A stretch of 64,000 bases of DNA from positions 6,661 through 70,660 of the forward strand of contig JAZNAR010000040.1 in assembly GCA_045586645.1 (NCBI GenBank), in the 5' to 3' direction. How positions within the stretch are numbered: position 1 is the stretch's first letter; every line of letters starts with the position of its first letter. Below, one piece after another: positions 8,444 through 17,176 of this stretch. Below the pieces are notes generated by a model, which saw only the letters and a list, made by a program, of their open reading frames with translations, was not told the DNA's origin and did not search any database. Source of the DNA: Victivallaceae bacterium (GTDB lineage Bacteria > Verrucomicrobiota > Lentisphaeria > Victivallales > Victivallaceae). Both the position numbers and the translations under genes were made by a program.

Positions 8444-9877
8444 ATGAAAATCACTGTATTTTTTCAATGTCTGCTGGTATGTGCAACGGCAATGGCAGCA
8501 GAGCCGGTATTCAAACACGATGTGACTTCACAGAAAAAACCGTGGACACATGAAAAATTTCTCAACTCCCCGGATGAATTTTCTTTTGTCATCATCCCTG
8601 ACCGCTGCGGCAGTGAACGCCGCGGGATTTTTCCGCAGGCAGTCAAAAAAGCGAATATGCTCCGGCCGGAATTCATTATGACCGTCGGAGATTTGATTGA
8701 GGGTCAGATGTGGGAATCCCGTCAAGACCATGAATTTCTGCGCGGACAGTGGCGGGAACTCAACAGCATCACCTCCACTTCCGAAGCACCGTTTTTTCAC
8801 GTCGTCGGCAATCACGACATCTGCCGCACCCGTCCGGGCTTTCCCCGCGCCAATGAAACGACCCGGGAGGTCTGGGAGGAAAATTGCGGCACACACACCT
8901 ATTACAGTTTTGTCTACAAAAATGTCCTTTTCATCTGCTTTAACTCCATGTCAGGCTGTGACAGCCGCTCACCGCAAATCCATATCACCCCGGAGCAGCT
9001 GGAGTGGGCAAAAAATGTGTTGAAAAATAATCCGGATGTCCGCTGGACGCTGCTTTTCATGCACCATCCCAACTCCTGGGAACAGGCAGCTTTCAAGGAG
9101 TTGGAAAAAGAGCTGGTCAAGCGCGATTACACTGTTTTTGCCGGTGACTGGCACCATTATGTCAAATTCCGCCGTCACAACCGCAACTATTATGTGCTTG
9201 CCACTGCCGGAGGTTGCGGTGACGGAGCAAACGGCTCCATCCGCGGCATGGAGTACGGCGAATTTGACCATATCGCGTATGTGACTGTTACCAAAAACGG
9301 ACCGGTCGTCGCCAATATCCTGCTTGACGGGATTCTGCCGGATGATGTGATGACCTTTGAAAAAAGCAAAAACAAATACGGCGGCAACTTGAGTATTCCG
9401 CGCAACGTGTTTCAAACTGCGCCGGTTCAAACTCAACTTAAAGCACCGGCATCTGACGGAAAACCGTGGCAGATGGTTCTGGATGAAGCGGTTCTGAAAA
9501 CCTGCAAAAGAAACGGTGAAGGCGTCTGGAACAACGGCGTTGTCCGCATCAACGGCAGCAACACTCCCCGCCGCTGGGAAAGGGTCGTGCTGCCGGTGCC
9601 GTCGCCTGCCGGTAAAAAAATCCGGATAAGTGCGGAAGTAAAGGCGCAGATTTCCAAAGGCAAATTCCAGCTGGCTCTGCGTTCATCCGACGCCAATGAC
9701 ACCACTATCGCCTACGACGGGCCGTTTGTTTCCGCCTCACAGGATTGGACTCCAGTGAGTCAGGTGGTCGAATTGAGCAAAGATACGGCTTTCACCATGA
9801 TATATTTTCTCGGCTTGAATCTGGACGGCAACTCTTTTGCCGAAGTCCGCAATCTGAAGTTTGAAGAAATCCGCTGA
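8444..9877 (+). CDS. secreted calcineurin-like metallophosphoesterase with C-terminal CBM-like module
   Basis: AAAGGAGA RBS then ATG at 8444. Signal peptide present. Motifs VGDLIEG, GNHD and FMHHP. The C-terminal ~130 aa resembles the modules of the 5252 gene. Confidence 0.85.
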   Translation: MKITVFFQCLLVCATAMAAEPVFKHDVTSQKKPWTHEKFLNSPDEFSFVIIPDRCGSERRGIFPQAVKKANMLRPEFIMTVGDLIEGQMWESRQDHEFLRGQWRELNSITSTSEAPFFHVVGNHDICRTRPGFPRANETTREVWEENCGTHTYYSFVYKNVLFICFNSMSGCDSRSPQIHITPEQLEWAKNVLKNNPDVRWTLLFMHHPNSWEQAAFKELEKELVKRDYTVFAGDWHHYVKFRRHNRNYYVLATAGGCGDGANGSIRGMEYGEFDHIAYVTVTKNGPVVANILLDGILPDDVMTFEKSKNKYGGNLSIPRNVFQTAPVQTQLKAPASDGKPWQMVLDEAVLKTCKRNGEGVWNNGVVRINGSNTPRRWERVVLPVPSPAGKKIRISAEVKAQISKGKFQLALRSSDANDTTIAYDGPFVSASQDWTPVSQVVELSKDTAFTMIYFLGLNLDGNSFAEVRNLKFEEIR

Positions 9878-9919
9878 AAAAACGCTGCTCCCATTGGCAA
9901 GAAAGCGTACAAACATTGA

Positions 9920-9959
9920 GGGCTGTTGCTCAACCTTTTTCAAGGTTTTGCAACAGCCC
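9920..9959. terminator. hairpin terminator between convergent metallophosphoesterase and nrdD genes
   Basis: GGGCTGTTGC-tc-AACCTT-tttc-AAGGTT-tt-GCAACAGCCC followed by T-rich sequence. Confidence 0.7.
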
Positions 9960-9982
9960 GTTGTTTCTTTCAAATGAGTTTA

Positions 9983-12358
9983 TTATGCCTGGTCAGCGAA
10001 GCGGCGGATGCCGGAAAGGTCGGTGATTTTTTCAACTTTTCCGTCTTTTTCGACCACCAGTGTCGGAGCCTGCATGATATTCATTGCTACAGCTTTTTCC
10101 GGTTCCAAATCCGATACCACGACATCATAGGCGATGTTGGCTTTGTCCAGATATGACTTCGCCACCGGACAACGCGGACATGATGTGGAAGTAAAGAGAG
10201 TCAATTTTGCTTCACCGGCAGATGCCGCCAGAGTTGCCGCCGGAGCAGTTTCAGCGACTGCCGCCGGAGCAAATTCCCGTTTCACCGCCGCAGCAGCATT
10301 GTAAACTTTGCGGTCTTTATACTCCTGACTTTTGCCGTCATTCCAGTTCTGCACCGGGCGGTAATAACCGGTGATACGGCTGTAAACCTCGGTTTTGGTG
10401 CCGCAATCAGGACATTTGAATGCTTCACCGGCAATATAACCGTGATTATGGCAGATGGAATATGTCGGCGACATGGTGTAATAGGGCAGACGGTAGTTCT
10501 CTGCTATCTTGCGGACAAGATTCGCCGCGGCTTTCCAATCCGGCAGTTTTTCACCGAGGAAAGCGTGGAAAACCGTTCCGCTGGTGTAGAGCGTCTGCAG
10601 ATTATCCTGAATATCCAGTGCCGCAAAAATATCTTCGGTATAACCGACCGGCAAGTGCGAACTGTTGGTATAATACGGACTGCCGTCAGCACCGCCGGCG
10701 GTGATTATATCGCCGAAACGTTTTTTGTCATGCTTTGCCAGACGGAAACTGGTGGATTCAGCCGGAGTCGCTTCGAGGTTGTAAAGGTCGCCGTACTGCT
10801 CCTGATAATCCGAAAGTCTGTCACGCATGTGGTTGAGGACGTTTTGGGTAAATTCCTGCGCTTCTTTATGCGTAAGGTCTTTGCGTATCCATTTGGCATT
10901 GAGGCAGACTTCATTCATGCCGACCAGACCGATGGTGGAAAAGTGGTTGTTGAATTTGCCGAGATAACGCCGGGTGTAAGGATAAAGTCCCTCGTCGAGC
11001 AGTTTGGAAATAACTTCGCGTTTGATTTTCAAACTGCGGGCGGAAACATCCATCATGTGATCCAGCCGGGCGTAGAAGTCAGCTTCATCTTTCGCCAGGT
11101 ACGCGATGCGCGGCATATTGATCGTCACCACACCGATGGAACCAGTGCTTTCACCGCTGCCGAAGTAACCGCCGGATTTCTTGCGGAGTTCGCGCAGGTC
11201 AAGCCGCAGCCGGCAGCACATGGAACGGATGTCACTGGGTTCCATATCACTGTTGACGTAGTTGGAAAAATACGGAGTGCCGTATTTGCTGGTCATTTCA
11301 AAGAGCAGTTTGTTGTTTTCCGTTTCGCTCCAGTCAAAATCGCGGGTGATGGAGTAAGTCGGAATGGGATACTGGAAACCGCGTCCCTGGGCATCGCCCT
11401 CGATCATGGTTTCGATGAATGCCCGGTTGACCATATCCATCTCTTTTTTGCAGTCTTTATACTTGAAGTCCATCTCTTTGCCGCCGACAATACAGTTGAG
11501 TTCTGCAAGGTCAGCCGGGACCGTCCAATCCAGTGTGATATTGGAAAACGGTGCCTGTGTACCCCAGCGCGAGGGGGTATTCACGCCGAAAATAAACGAT
11601 TCAATACATTTTTTCACCTGCTTGTAATCCAGATTGTCCACTTTGACAAACGGGGCAAGATAGGTGTCAAACGAGCTGAATGCCTGTGCGCCTGCCCACT
11701 CATTCTGCATGATACCGAGGAAGTTCACCATCTGGTTGCAGAGCGTGGCAAGATGTGATGCCGGAGCGGAAGTGATTTTGCCCGGCACGCCGCCGAGACC
11801 TTCCTGGATCAACTGTTTGAGTGACCATCCGGCACAATACCCGGTAAGCATGGACAAGTCGTGCAGATGGATATCGGCATTACGGTGGGCATTGCCGATC
11901 TCATCATCATAGATTTCAGAAAGCCAATAATTTGCCGTTATCGCACCGCTGTTGGACAAAATCAGACCGCCGACCGAATAGGTGACTGTGGAGTTTTCTT
12001 TCACGCGCCAGTCATTGATTTTGACATAATCATCGACCGTCTTTTTGAAGTCAAGGATCGTGGACTGGGTATTGCGGAGTTTTTCCCGCTGGCGGCGGTA
12101 GAGGATGTATGCTTTGGCAACATCGGCATAACCGGCTTGGACCAGAACTGATTCCACGCTGTCCTGAATATCTTCTACAGCGATAAGACCTTCTTTGATT
12201 TTCGGCTCAAAGTCGGCGGTGACTTTAAGCGCGATAAAGTCGATAATAGATTGGTTGTACTGTTTTTCCTGGGCTTCAAAAGCCATTTTCACGGCATCGG
12301 AGATCTTCTTGAGATCAAATTCAATGTTCTTGCCGTCACGTTTCTGTACCTGATACAT
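9983..12358 (-). CDS. nrdD: anaerobic (class III) ribonucleoside-triphosphate reductase with fused C-terminal glutaredoxin/NrdH-like domain
   Basis: ATP-cone-like N-terminus, CCRL finger-loop region, Zn-ribbon CPDCG and glycyl-radical motif SRITGYYRPV. An Ala/Pro linker then leads to LTLFTSTSCPRCP..APTLVV. The ATG at 12358 follows GGGAG; the track ORF starts at the GTG at 12364. Confidence 0.95.
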   Translation of the reverse strand: MYQVQKRDGKNIEFDLKKISDAVKMAFEAQEKQYNQSIIDFIALKVTADFEPKIKEGLIAVEDIQDSVESVLVQAGYADVAKAYILYRRQREKLRNTQSTILDFKKTVDDYVKINDWRVKENSTVTYSVGGLILSNSGAITANYWLSEIYDDEIGNAHRNADIHLHDLSMLTGYCAGWSLKQLIQEGLGGVPGKITSAPASHLATLCNQMVNFLGIMQNEWAGAQAFSSFDTYLAPFVKVDNLDYKQVKKCIESFIFGVNTPSRWGTQAPFSNITLDWTVPADLAELNCIVGGKEMDFKYKDCKKEMDMVNRAFIETMIEGDAQGRGFQYPIPTYSITRDFDWSETENNKLLFEMTSKYGTPYFSNYVNSDMEPSDIRSMCCRLRLDLRELRKKSGGYFGSGESTGSIGVVTINMPRIAYLAKDEADFYARLDHMMDVSARSLKIKREVISKLLDEGLYPYTRRYLGKFNNHFSTIGLVGMNEVCLNAKWIRKDLTHKEAQEFTQNVLNHMRDRLSDYQEQYGDLYNLEATPAESTSFRLAKHDKKRFGDIITAGGADGSPYYTNSSHLPVGYTEDIFAALDIQDNLQTLYTSGTVFHAFLGEKLPDWKAAANLVRKIAENYRLPYYTMSPTYSICHNHGYIAGEAFKCPDCGTKTEVYSRITGYYRPVQNWNDGKSQEYKDRKVYNAAAAVKREFAPAAVAETAPAATLAASAGEAKLTLFTSTSCPRCPVAKSYLDKANIAYDVVVSDLEPEKAVAMNIMQAPTLVVEKDGKVEKITDLSGIRRFADQA

Positions 12359-12428
12359 CGTCACACTCCCTTTCTTTTTCTGTTTTTAACTTTACATTAC
12401 ACTAAACCAAAATATTTCTCAAAAATTC

Positions 12429-13118
12429 TCATTGTCCGCGGATCGCCGCATTTCTGACAAAGGGTCTGACCGCCGCCAGAAACTCTGCCATTTTGCCGCT
12501 TTCCACACCATAATCATCATCCGGCACCAGCACATCACCGGACTCTTTGAAAGGCTGCAGAAAATAATTTTCCGCTCCGGAAATCCACTTGCCAATAGCG
12601 GTAAAATCCGCAGTTTCATGGAATTTCCCGGTCACAGTAGTCCGGAATTCATACGGGACTTTCCCCTGCAGCAAAAGGTCAACACTTTGCCGCACCCGCG
12701 CCAATTCCGGCTCACCGCCGGTGGTCAGAGCATATTTTTCCGGAGAATTTTTTATATCCATGGCAACGTAGTCCACAATATTTTCCGCAACGGCTTTTTC
12801 CAGACGGTCCGGAAAAGTCCCGTTGGTGTCAAGTTTCACTTTGAAACCGAGAGATTTCACTTTGCCCGCCAGAGCCAGCACCTCATCCCCGAGCAGCGGT
12901 TCGCCGCCGGTAAAGCAGACCCCGTCAAGAATACCGGTACGTTTTTTCAAAAAATCCAATATCCCGCCTGCAGAAATCATCCCGCTGCTTCCGGTGTTCC
13001 TGACCAGAGAGCCGTTGTGACAAAACGGACACCGGTAGTTGCATCCGCAGGAAAAAACCGTGCAGGCAACAGCTCCGGGGAAATCCAGAAGTGTCAGTTT
13101 TTGCAAGCCGAATTGCAT
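12429..13118 (-). CDS. nrdG: anaerobic ribonucleotide reductase activating protein (radical SAM)
   Basis: CNYRCPFCHN radical-SAM cluster motif. Lies immediately upstream of nrdD on the same strand. Confidence 0.9.
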   Translation of the reverse strand: MQFGLQKLTLLDFPGAVACTVFSCGCNYRCPFCHNGSLVRNTGSSGMISAGGILDFLKKRTGILDGVCFTGGEPLLGDEVLALAGKVKSLGFKVKLDTNGTFPDRLEKAVAENIVDYVAMDIKNSPEKYALTTGGEPELARVRQSVDLLLQGKVPYEFRTTVTGKFHETADFTAIGKWISGAENYFLQPFKESGDVLVPDDDYGVESGKMAEFLAAVRPFVRNAAIRGQ

Positions 13119-13184
13119 TTATTTCACCGTAAAAACATGAACTTACAACATAAAAAATGCCGCCCCCTCTTTTTACGATGCACC

Positions 13185-13231
13185 ACAACATATAGTATGG
13201 CTACCCGCTTGGCGGACACAATATCTTGTTG
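13185..13231. promoter_or_regulatory. putative tandem NrdR boxes upstream of nrdG-nrdD
   Basis: ACAACATATAGTATGG (13185..13200) and ACACAATATCTTGTTG (13216..13231), compared with the recalled NrdR consensus acaCwAtATaTwGtgt. Centres are 31 bp apart. The boxes lie 67-113 nt upstream of the nrdG ATG. Confidence 0.4.
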
Positions 13232-13322
13232 TTTCTCAATATAGCCGCAAAAAAAAATATTGCAAGTGCCAAAGCAAAAAAAAGTCGTTTTTTTCTTGAA
13301 TGCCCCGGCACTGAAATTCCGG

Positions 13323-13369
13323 AAAAAAATATTGTCCCGGCGTGTGGGAAACACGCGAACAGGACAATA
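13323..13369 (-). terminator. rho-independent terminator after the M16 peptidase gene
   Basis: On the minus strand, TATTGTCC..CGTGT..ACACG..GGACAATA is followed by TTTTTTT. Confidence 0.7.
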
Positions 13370-13413
13370 ACAATCATAAAGGAGACGGATTCAGGGTAAA
13401 ATGACGACGGCTC

Positions 13414-15948
13414 TCAATTTCCGGTTCCGGAAACGAGGATTTCCACTCCGGCATTCCCGGAAAAGATTTCTTTCAAGAGCGCATTGCACTCATTATAATC
13501 AAGAGTTTTCAACCGTTGCGTACGGGTCAGCAATTTTTCCGGCTCAAATCCGTAATACGCCTCCATTCCGGCGGTACGCAGCAGCGATTCCGGGGAGTCC
13601 AGCACTCTTTCCGCTTCAAAAACCGCCCCTGCCCTGGCGGCATTGAATTCATTTTCCTGCAATCCGTTTTCAGCGATGCGCAAAATTTCGGACTTCAGCA
13701 ACTTCAACACCTTTTTTCCGGCTTCCGCCGAAGTCATAGCGTAAAAAGCAAAATATCCCCGGTGGAATCCTGCGGCGTAACTCATGCCGACGGAGTAACT
13801 CAATGCGTGTTTTTCGCGCACCGATTTGAATAAATTTGCCCCGAGCCCGTTTTCCGCCTGATAGAGTATGTCGCATACATCTGACAGTGCGGCATTTCCG
13901 GTACAGGATATCCCCGGCAGCAAATGCAATGCAACGGTCTGCTCCCGTGGCAGCTCATATTCGCCGAATTTATTTTCTTTTGAAAAAACAGGTTCTTCAG
14001 CCACTTCCGGAGCATCACTGCTCCACGGCAGAGCTGACTCCAGTACACGACTCCACTCCGCCGCTTCTGCGGCGGTACAATCCCCGCCGAATCCCCACAC
14101 GCTCCGCGGAGCATAAAGAATTTTTTTGAAAAAACTCTTTCCGTCTGCCGGTGTCAATTTGGCAAATGTTTTCTCATCCCCGTACCCGTTACCGGCATAA
14201 GGATGTCTGCCGTACAGCAAATTTGCCGCCGCATCAAAAGCTTTTTTCACCGGAGCCGCCGCGCGCTCACGCAAAATACTTATATGCCGCTGTTTTTCTC
14301 TTTCCCAGGCGGCATCCGGGAAATCCGGGGCGCGCAGCACATCCGCCAGGAGTGATACAGCCATATCCATAGTGCGGCGCGGTGCGGAAAACTCGATTAT
14401 CAATGAATTCAAACCGCCGGAAACTTCCATATCCATACCGGCTTCGTCCATTTTCCGCAATATATCCTCTTCGGGAACGCCGCCGTTCCCGGATGTCAGT
14501 GCCGCCGCCACCAGTTTGGTCAAACCGCGCTGCTCAATATTTTCGCAAATCGCCCCACCCGGCAATGCCATGAAAAAACTGCACAGCGGCAGCTCATCAT
14601 CCGGCACATGAAGCACCTGTCCGCCATGTACAGAGCGGATTTTGTCTATACGCCGCCGGCACACGTTTTGCTGTGAAGCGGAACTCCGGTTGCAATTACG
14701 CTGAATGACATTGACCCATTTATCACTGGCAAGATATTTTTCTGCAGCAGATGCCACATCTGCAACGGTGCATTGCGCCAATTTTTCCAAATACACATCT
14801 CCGGCGTCAGGAGTGCCGCAAAGCATTGCTCCGCAAGCGATTTCACCGGCGATATTCACCACTTCACGCAATTCGCGCAACCGGTCGGCATATTGCTGGC
14901 CTTTTTCTCTCTGTACATCATCTGCGGAAATATTTCCGGCGGCGGCAAACTCCAGTTCCTCACGCAATCCGGCAAAAAAACTGTCGACTTTTGCCGGTTC
15001 ACTTTTGCCGGAAATCACCGCCACACCGTTGCCGCCGAAAGAATAACAGCAACTTCTTATTCCGAGAGCCAGAGATTTTTCCAACACCAGTTTGCGGCTC
15101 AATACCGAACCGTCACCGGTTCCCAACACTCCGAAAAGCAGTTCCAAAGCCGGCAATTCATCCGCTCCGAAATGCGGCACCCGGACCCCGCACATGACCC
15201 GGGTCAACGGGTCATTAATAACGATTTCCCGGGTACGGGAAGCGGCGGGGAACGGCTCCTGCGGCAGACAGATTTCCGCCAGATTACCGCGCTCCCAGGT
15301 GCCGAGATACTCCTGAACGTATGCAAAAAATTCTTCCGGCACAACTCCCCCGACAGCGACAGCCACACACCGTGCCGGAGTATAACGCTGCCGGTGATAC
15401 TCTCTTGCCATATCTGCGGTCACACCGGAAATCATCTCCCGGTATCCTATCACCGGATGCTGCAGCGGATGTGTCAGAAACATCTGTCTCATAAACTCTT
15501 CATACAGCTTTGAATCCGGATTATCCGCCCCCCGGTCACATTCACGGAGTATCACATCGCGCTCTTTTTCAAATCTTTTTGCCGGAAGTTCCGGAAACCT
15601 GACCATCGCCGAAAGCATTTCCACACCTTTGCGGAAACTTGCCGCCGGCAGCTGCATACGGTAACAGGTACGGTCATAAGTGGTGTAGGCATTGACATCA
15701 CCGCCGAGTACATTCACTGTATCAGCTATCGCATTGCCGGGATAACCTTTGCACCCCTGAAATGCCATGTGTTCCAGAAAATGCGATATCCCGCATCCGA
15801 GAAAGCCGTTTTCATGTATACTGCCTCCGGCAATATGCAGCTGGATCTCCACAGTCGCAGCTCTGCGCGGCAGACAATATGCGCGCAAACCGTTATCCAG
15901 AGTAAATGATGCGGTATTGTGCAAAAAGCCCATTTCAGCCACCGTCAT
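13414..15948 (-). CDS. M16 (pitrilysin/insulinase) family zinc peptidase, two fused M16 halves (844 aa)
   Basis: HFLEHMAFQG inverted zinc motif (HxxEH) near the N-terminus. Its length fits a fused active plus inactive pair. The ATG overlaps the upstream stop (ATGA). Confidence 0.9.
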   Translation of the reverse strand: MTVAEMGFLHNTASFTLDNGLRAYCLPRRAATVEIQLHIAGGSIHENGFLGCGISHFLEHMAFQGCKGYPGNAIADTVNVLGGDVNAYTTYDRTCYRMQLPAASFRKGVEMLSAMVRFPELPAKRFEKERDVILRECDRGADNPDSKLYEEFMRQMFLTHPLQHPVIGYREMISGVTADMAREYHRQRYTPARCVAVAVGGVVPEEFFAYVQEYLGTWERGNLAEICLPQEPFPAASRTREIVINDPLTRVMCGVRVPHFGADELPALELLFGVLGTGDGSVLSRKLVLEKSLALGIRSCCYSFGGNGVAVISGKSEPAKVDSFFAGLREELEFAAAGNISADDVQREKGQQYADRLRELREVVNIAGEIACGAMLCGTPDAGDVYLEKLAQCTVADVASAAEKYLASDKWVNVIQRNCNRSSASQQNVCRRRIDKIRSVHGGQVLHVPDDELPLCSFFMALPGGAICENIEQRGLTKLVAAALTSGNGGVPEEDILRKMDEAGMDMEVSGGLNSLIIEFSAPRRTMDMAVSLLADVLRAPDFPDAAWEREKQRHISILRERAAAPVKKAFDAAANLLYGRHPYAGNGYGDEKTFAKLTPADGKSFFKKILYAPRSVWGFGGDCTAAEAAEWSRVLESALPWSSDAPEVAEEPVFSKENKFGEYELPREQTVALHLLPGISCTGNAALSDVCDILYQAENGLGANLFKSVREKHALSYSVGMSYAAGFHRGYFAFYAMTSAEAGKKVLKLLKSEILRIAENGLQENEFNAARAGAVFEAERVLDSPESLLRTAGMEAYYGFEPEKLLTRTQRLKTLDYNECNALLKEIFSGNAGVEILVSGTGN

Positions 15949-16343
15949 TCATCTATAAAGGGTAATTTATCACTTTTGCGGCGGACACACCGGAGTACGG
16001 GAGACTTCGGGAAAATCGTTTCTCCGGTATTGAAATCCTCCCGCCGGTCATCTTCAGAGGCTTTGAGCAGACCGACACCGATAAGCAGATAGACCACCTC
16101 CCCGGCATCGGAAGATGTTTTCACCCCCCAGGCGTTCAAAACCGCTTCTCCGGCGACCCCGAATTTCTCTCCGGCAAATTTGCGGATACCTTCCAGAAGC
16201 TGAAGTGCCGAAACGTGTCCGCGGCTCTTTCTGCTGCTGACGGTGAAATTCACCGCTTCTGCAACAAAATAATATGCTTCAGAAGCGTAACGCGGCTCTT
16301 TGTCAAGCAAAAGCGCGACTTTTCTGTCAAATTCTGTTTCCAT
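15945..16343 (-). CDS. conserved hypothetical protein (132 aa)
   Basis: The track ORF begins at a TTG (16361); first ATG at 16343 (METEFDRKVALL). Translationally coupled to the M16 gene. No family recognised. Confidence 0.6.
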   Translation of the reverse strand: METEFDRKVALLLDKEPRYASEAYYFVAEAVNFTVSSRKSRGHVSALQLLEGIRKFAGEKFGVAGEAVLNAWGVKTSSDAGEVVYLLIGVGLLKASEDDRREDFNTGETIFPKSPVLRCVRRKSDKLPFIDE

Positions 16344-16363
16344 TGGGAAATAATGCGGCAATA

Positions 16364-17158
16364 TCAGTAGTTGCGAATCTGCCGCTGGACTTTCACTTTG
16401 GGTTCTTCGAGTGCCAACGCGTACCAGATGTCACCGAATCCGGAATTGCTGAAGTGACGGATTTTGCCATTGGTCAGGCGGTCGATGTTTTCCAGCAGCA
16501 CCGGATTATCACTGGTGATCTTGGAGTCAATGAGAGCTTTGAGCGCAAGCTGCGGCTCATCCTGCCGGAGTTTAATCCAGGCATAGACCGAAGCCAGAAA
16601 CGCCCGGTTGTCACCTTTGAAGCGGCGCACCCGCGACTGGAAAAATTTATCCATTTTGGCATCATTGCGTTTATACATCCGCGCCAGTTTTATCGCCACA
16701 CTGTGAACATCAAACAACAATGCTCCGGGCAGCAATTCATCAACTTTACCATACTCTTTGAGCTGATAGTAAAGCTGGACTTTCATTGTATTTATCTGCT
16801 TGGGCAGAAGCATATTCCACTTGTAAAAAACTTTGAAGTTTTCCAATTCGGCAAGGGCTTTGCGAACAGCGTCAAACTGGATCTTTTCCACGATCTGACG
16901 GGCGGCTTTTTCGCTTGACGGCGGACGCCGCTGAAACATTTCCATCTGCCGGTTTACTTTATTCTGCGCCGTCTGCATTATCTCCTGGATTTTCTGCTGC
17001 TGACCGGCAATGCGTTTACGCAGTATCAATCCCAGCACCGCCCAGATGAGCAATGCCCCGGCGATACCGCAAATCATCCCCCAGACATTACCGAACTCTC
17101 TGGTGGCAAATGCTCCGGAAACGACCCCGGCAACGATTACAATAATAAAACCCAACAT
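16364..17158 (-). CDS. membrane protein with two N-terminal TM helices and a helical-repeat C-terminal domain
   Basis: ATG at 17158 (MLGFIIVIVAGVVSG) after AAGGATGG. Lies 18 nt downstream of the ffh stop. No family recognised. Confidence 0.65.
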   Translation of the reverse strand: MLGFIIVIVAGVVSGAFATREFGNVWGMICGIAGALLIWAVLGLILRKRIAGQQQKIQEIMQTAQNKVNRQMEMFQRRPPSSEKAARQIVEKIQFDAVRKALAELENFKVFYKWNMLLPKQINTMKVQLYYQLKEYGKVDELLPGALLFDVHSVAIKLARMYKRNDAKMDKFFQSRVRRFKGDNRAFLASVYAWIKLRQDEPQLALKALIDSKITSDNPVLLENIDRLTNGKIRHFSNSGFGDIWYALALEEPKVKVQRQIRNY

Positions 17159-17176
17159 GATCAATCCATCCTTTTT

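Noticed and set aside
10442-11758. 438-aa plus-strand ORF
   Set aside because: It is antisense to nrdD.
13124-13354. 76-aa minus-strand ORF upstream of nrdG
   Set aside because: It lies across the putative NrdR boxes and the M16 terminator. It is rich in F, C and K from AT-rich DNA and has no RBS.
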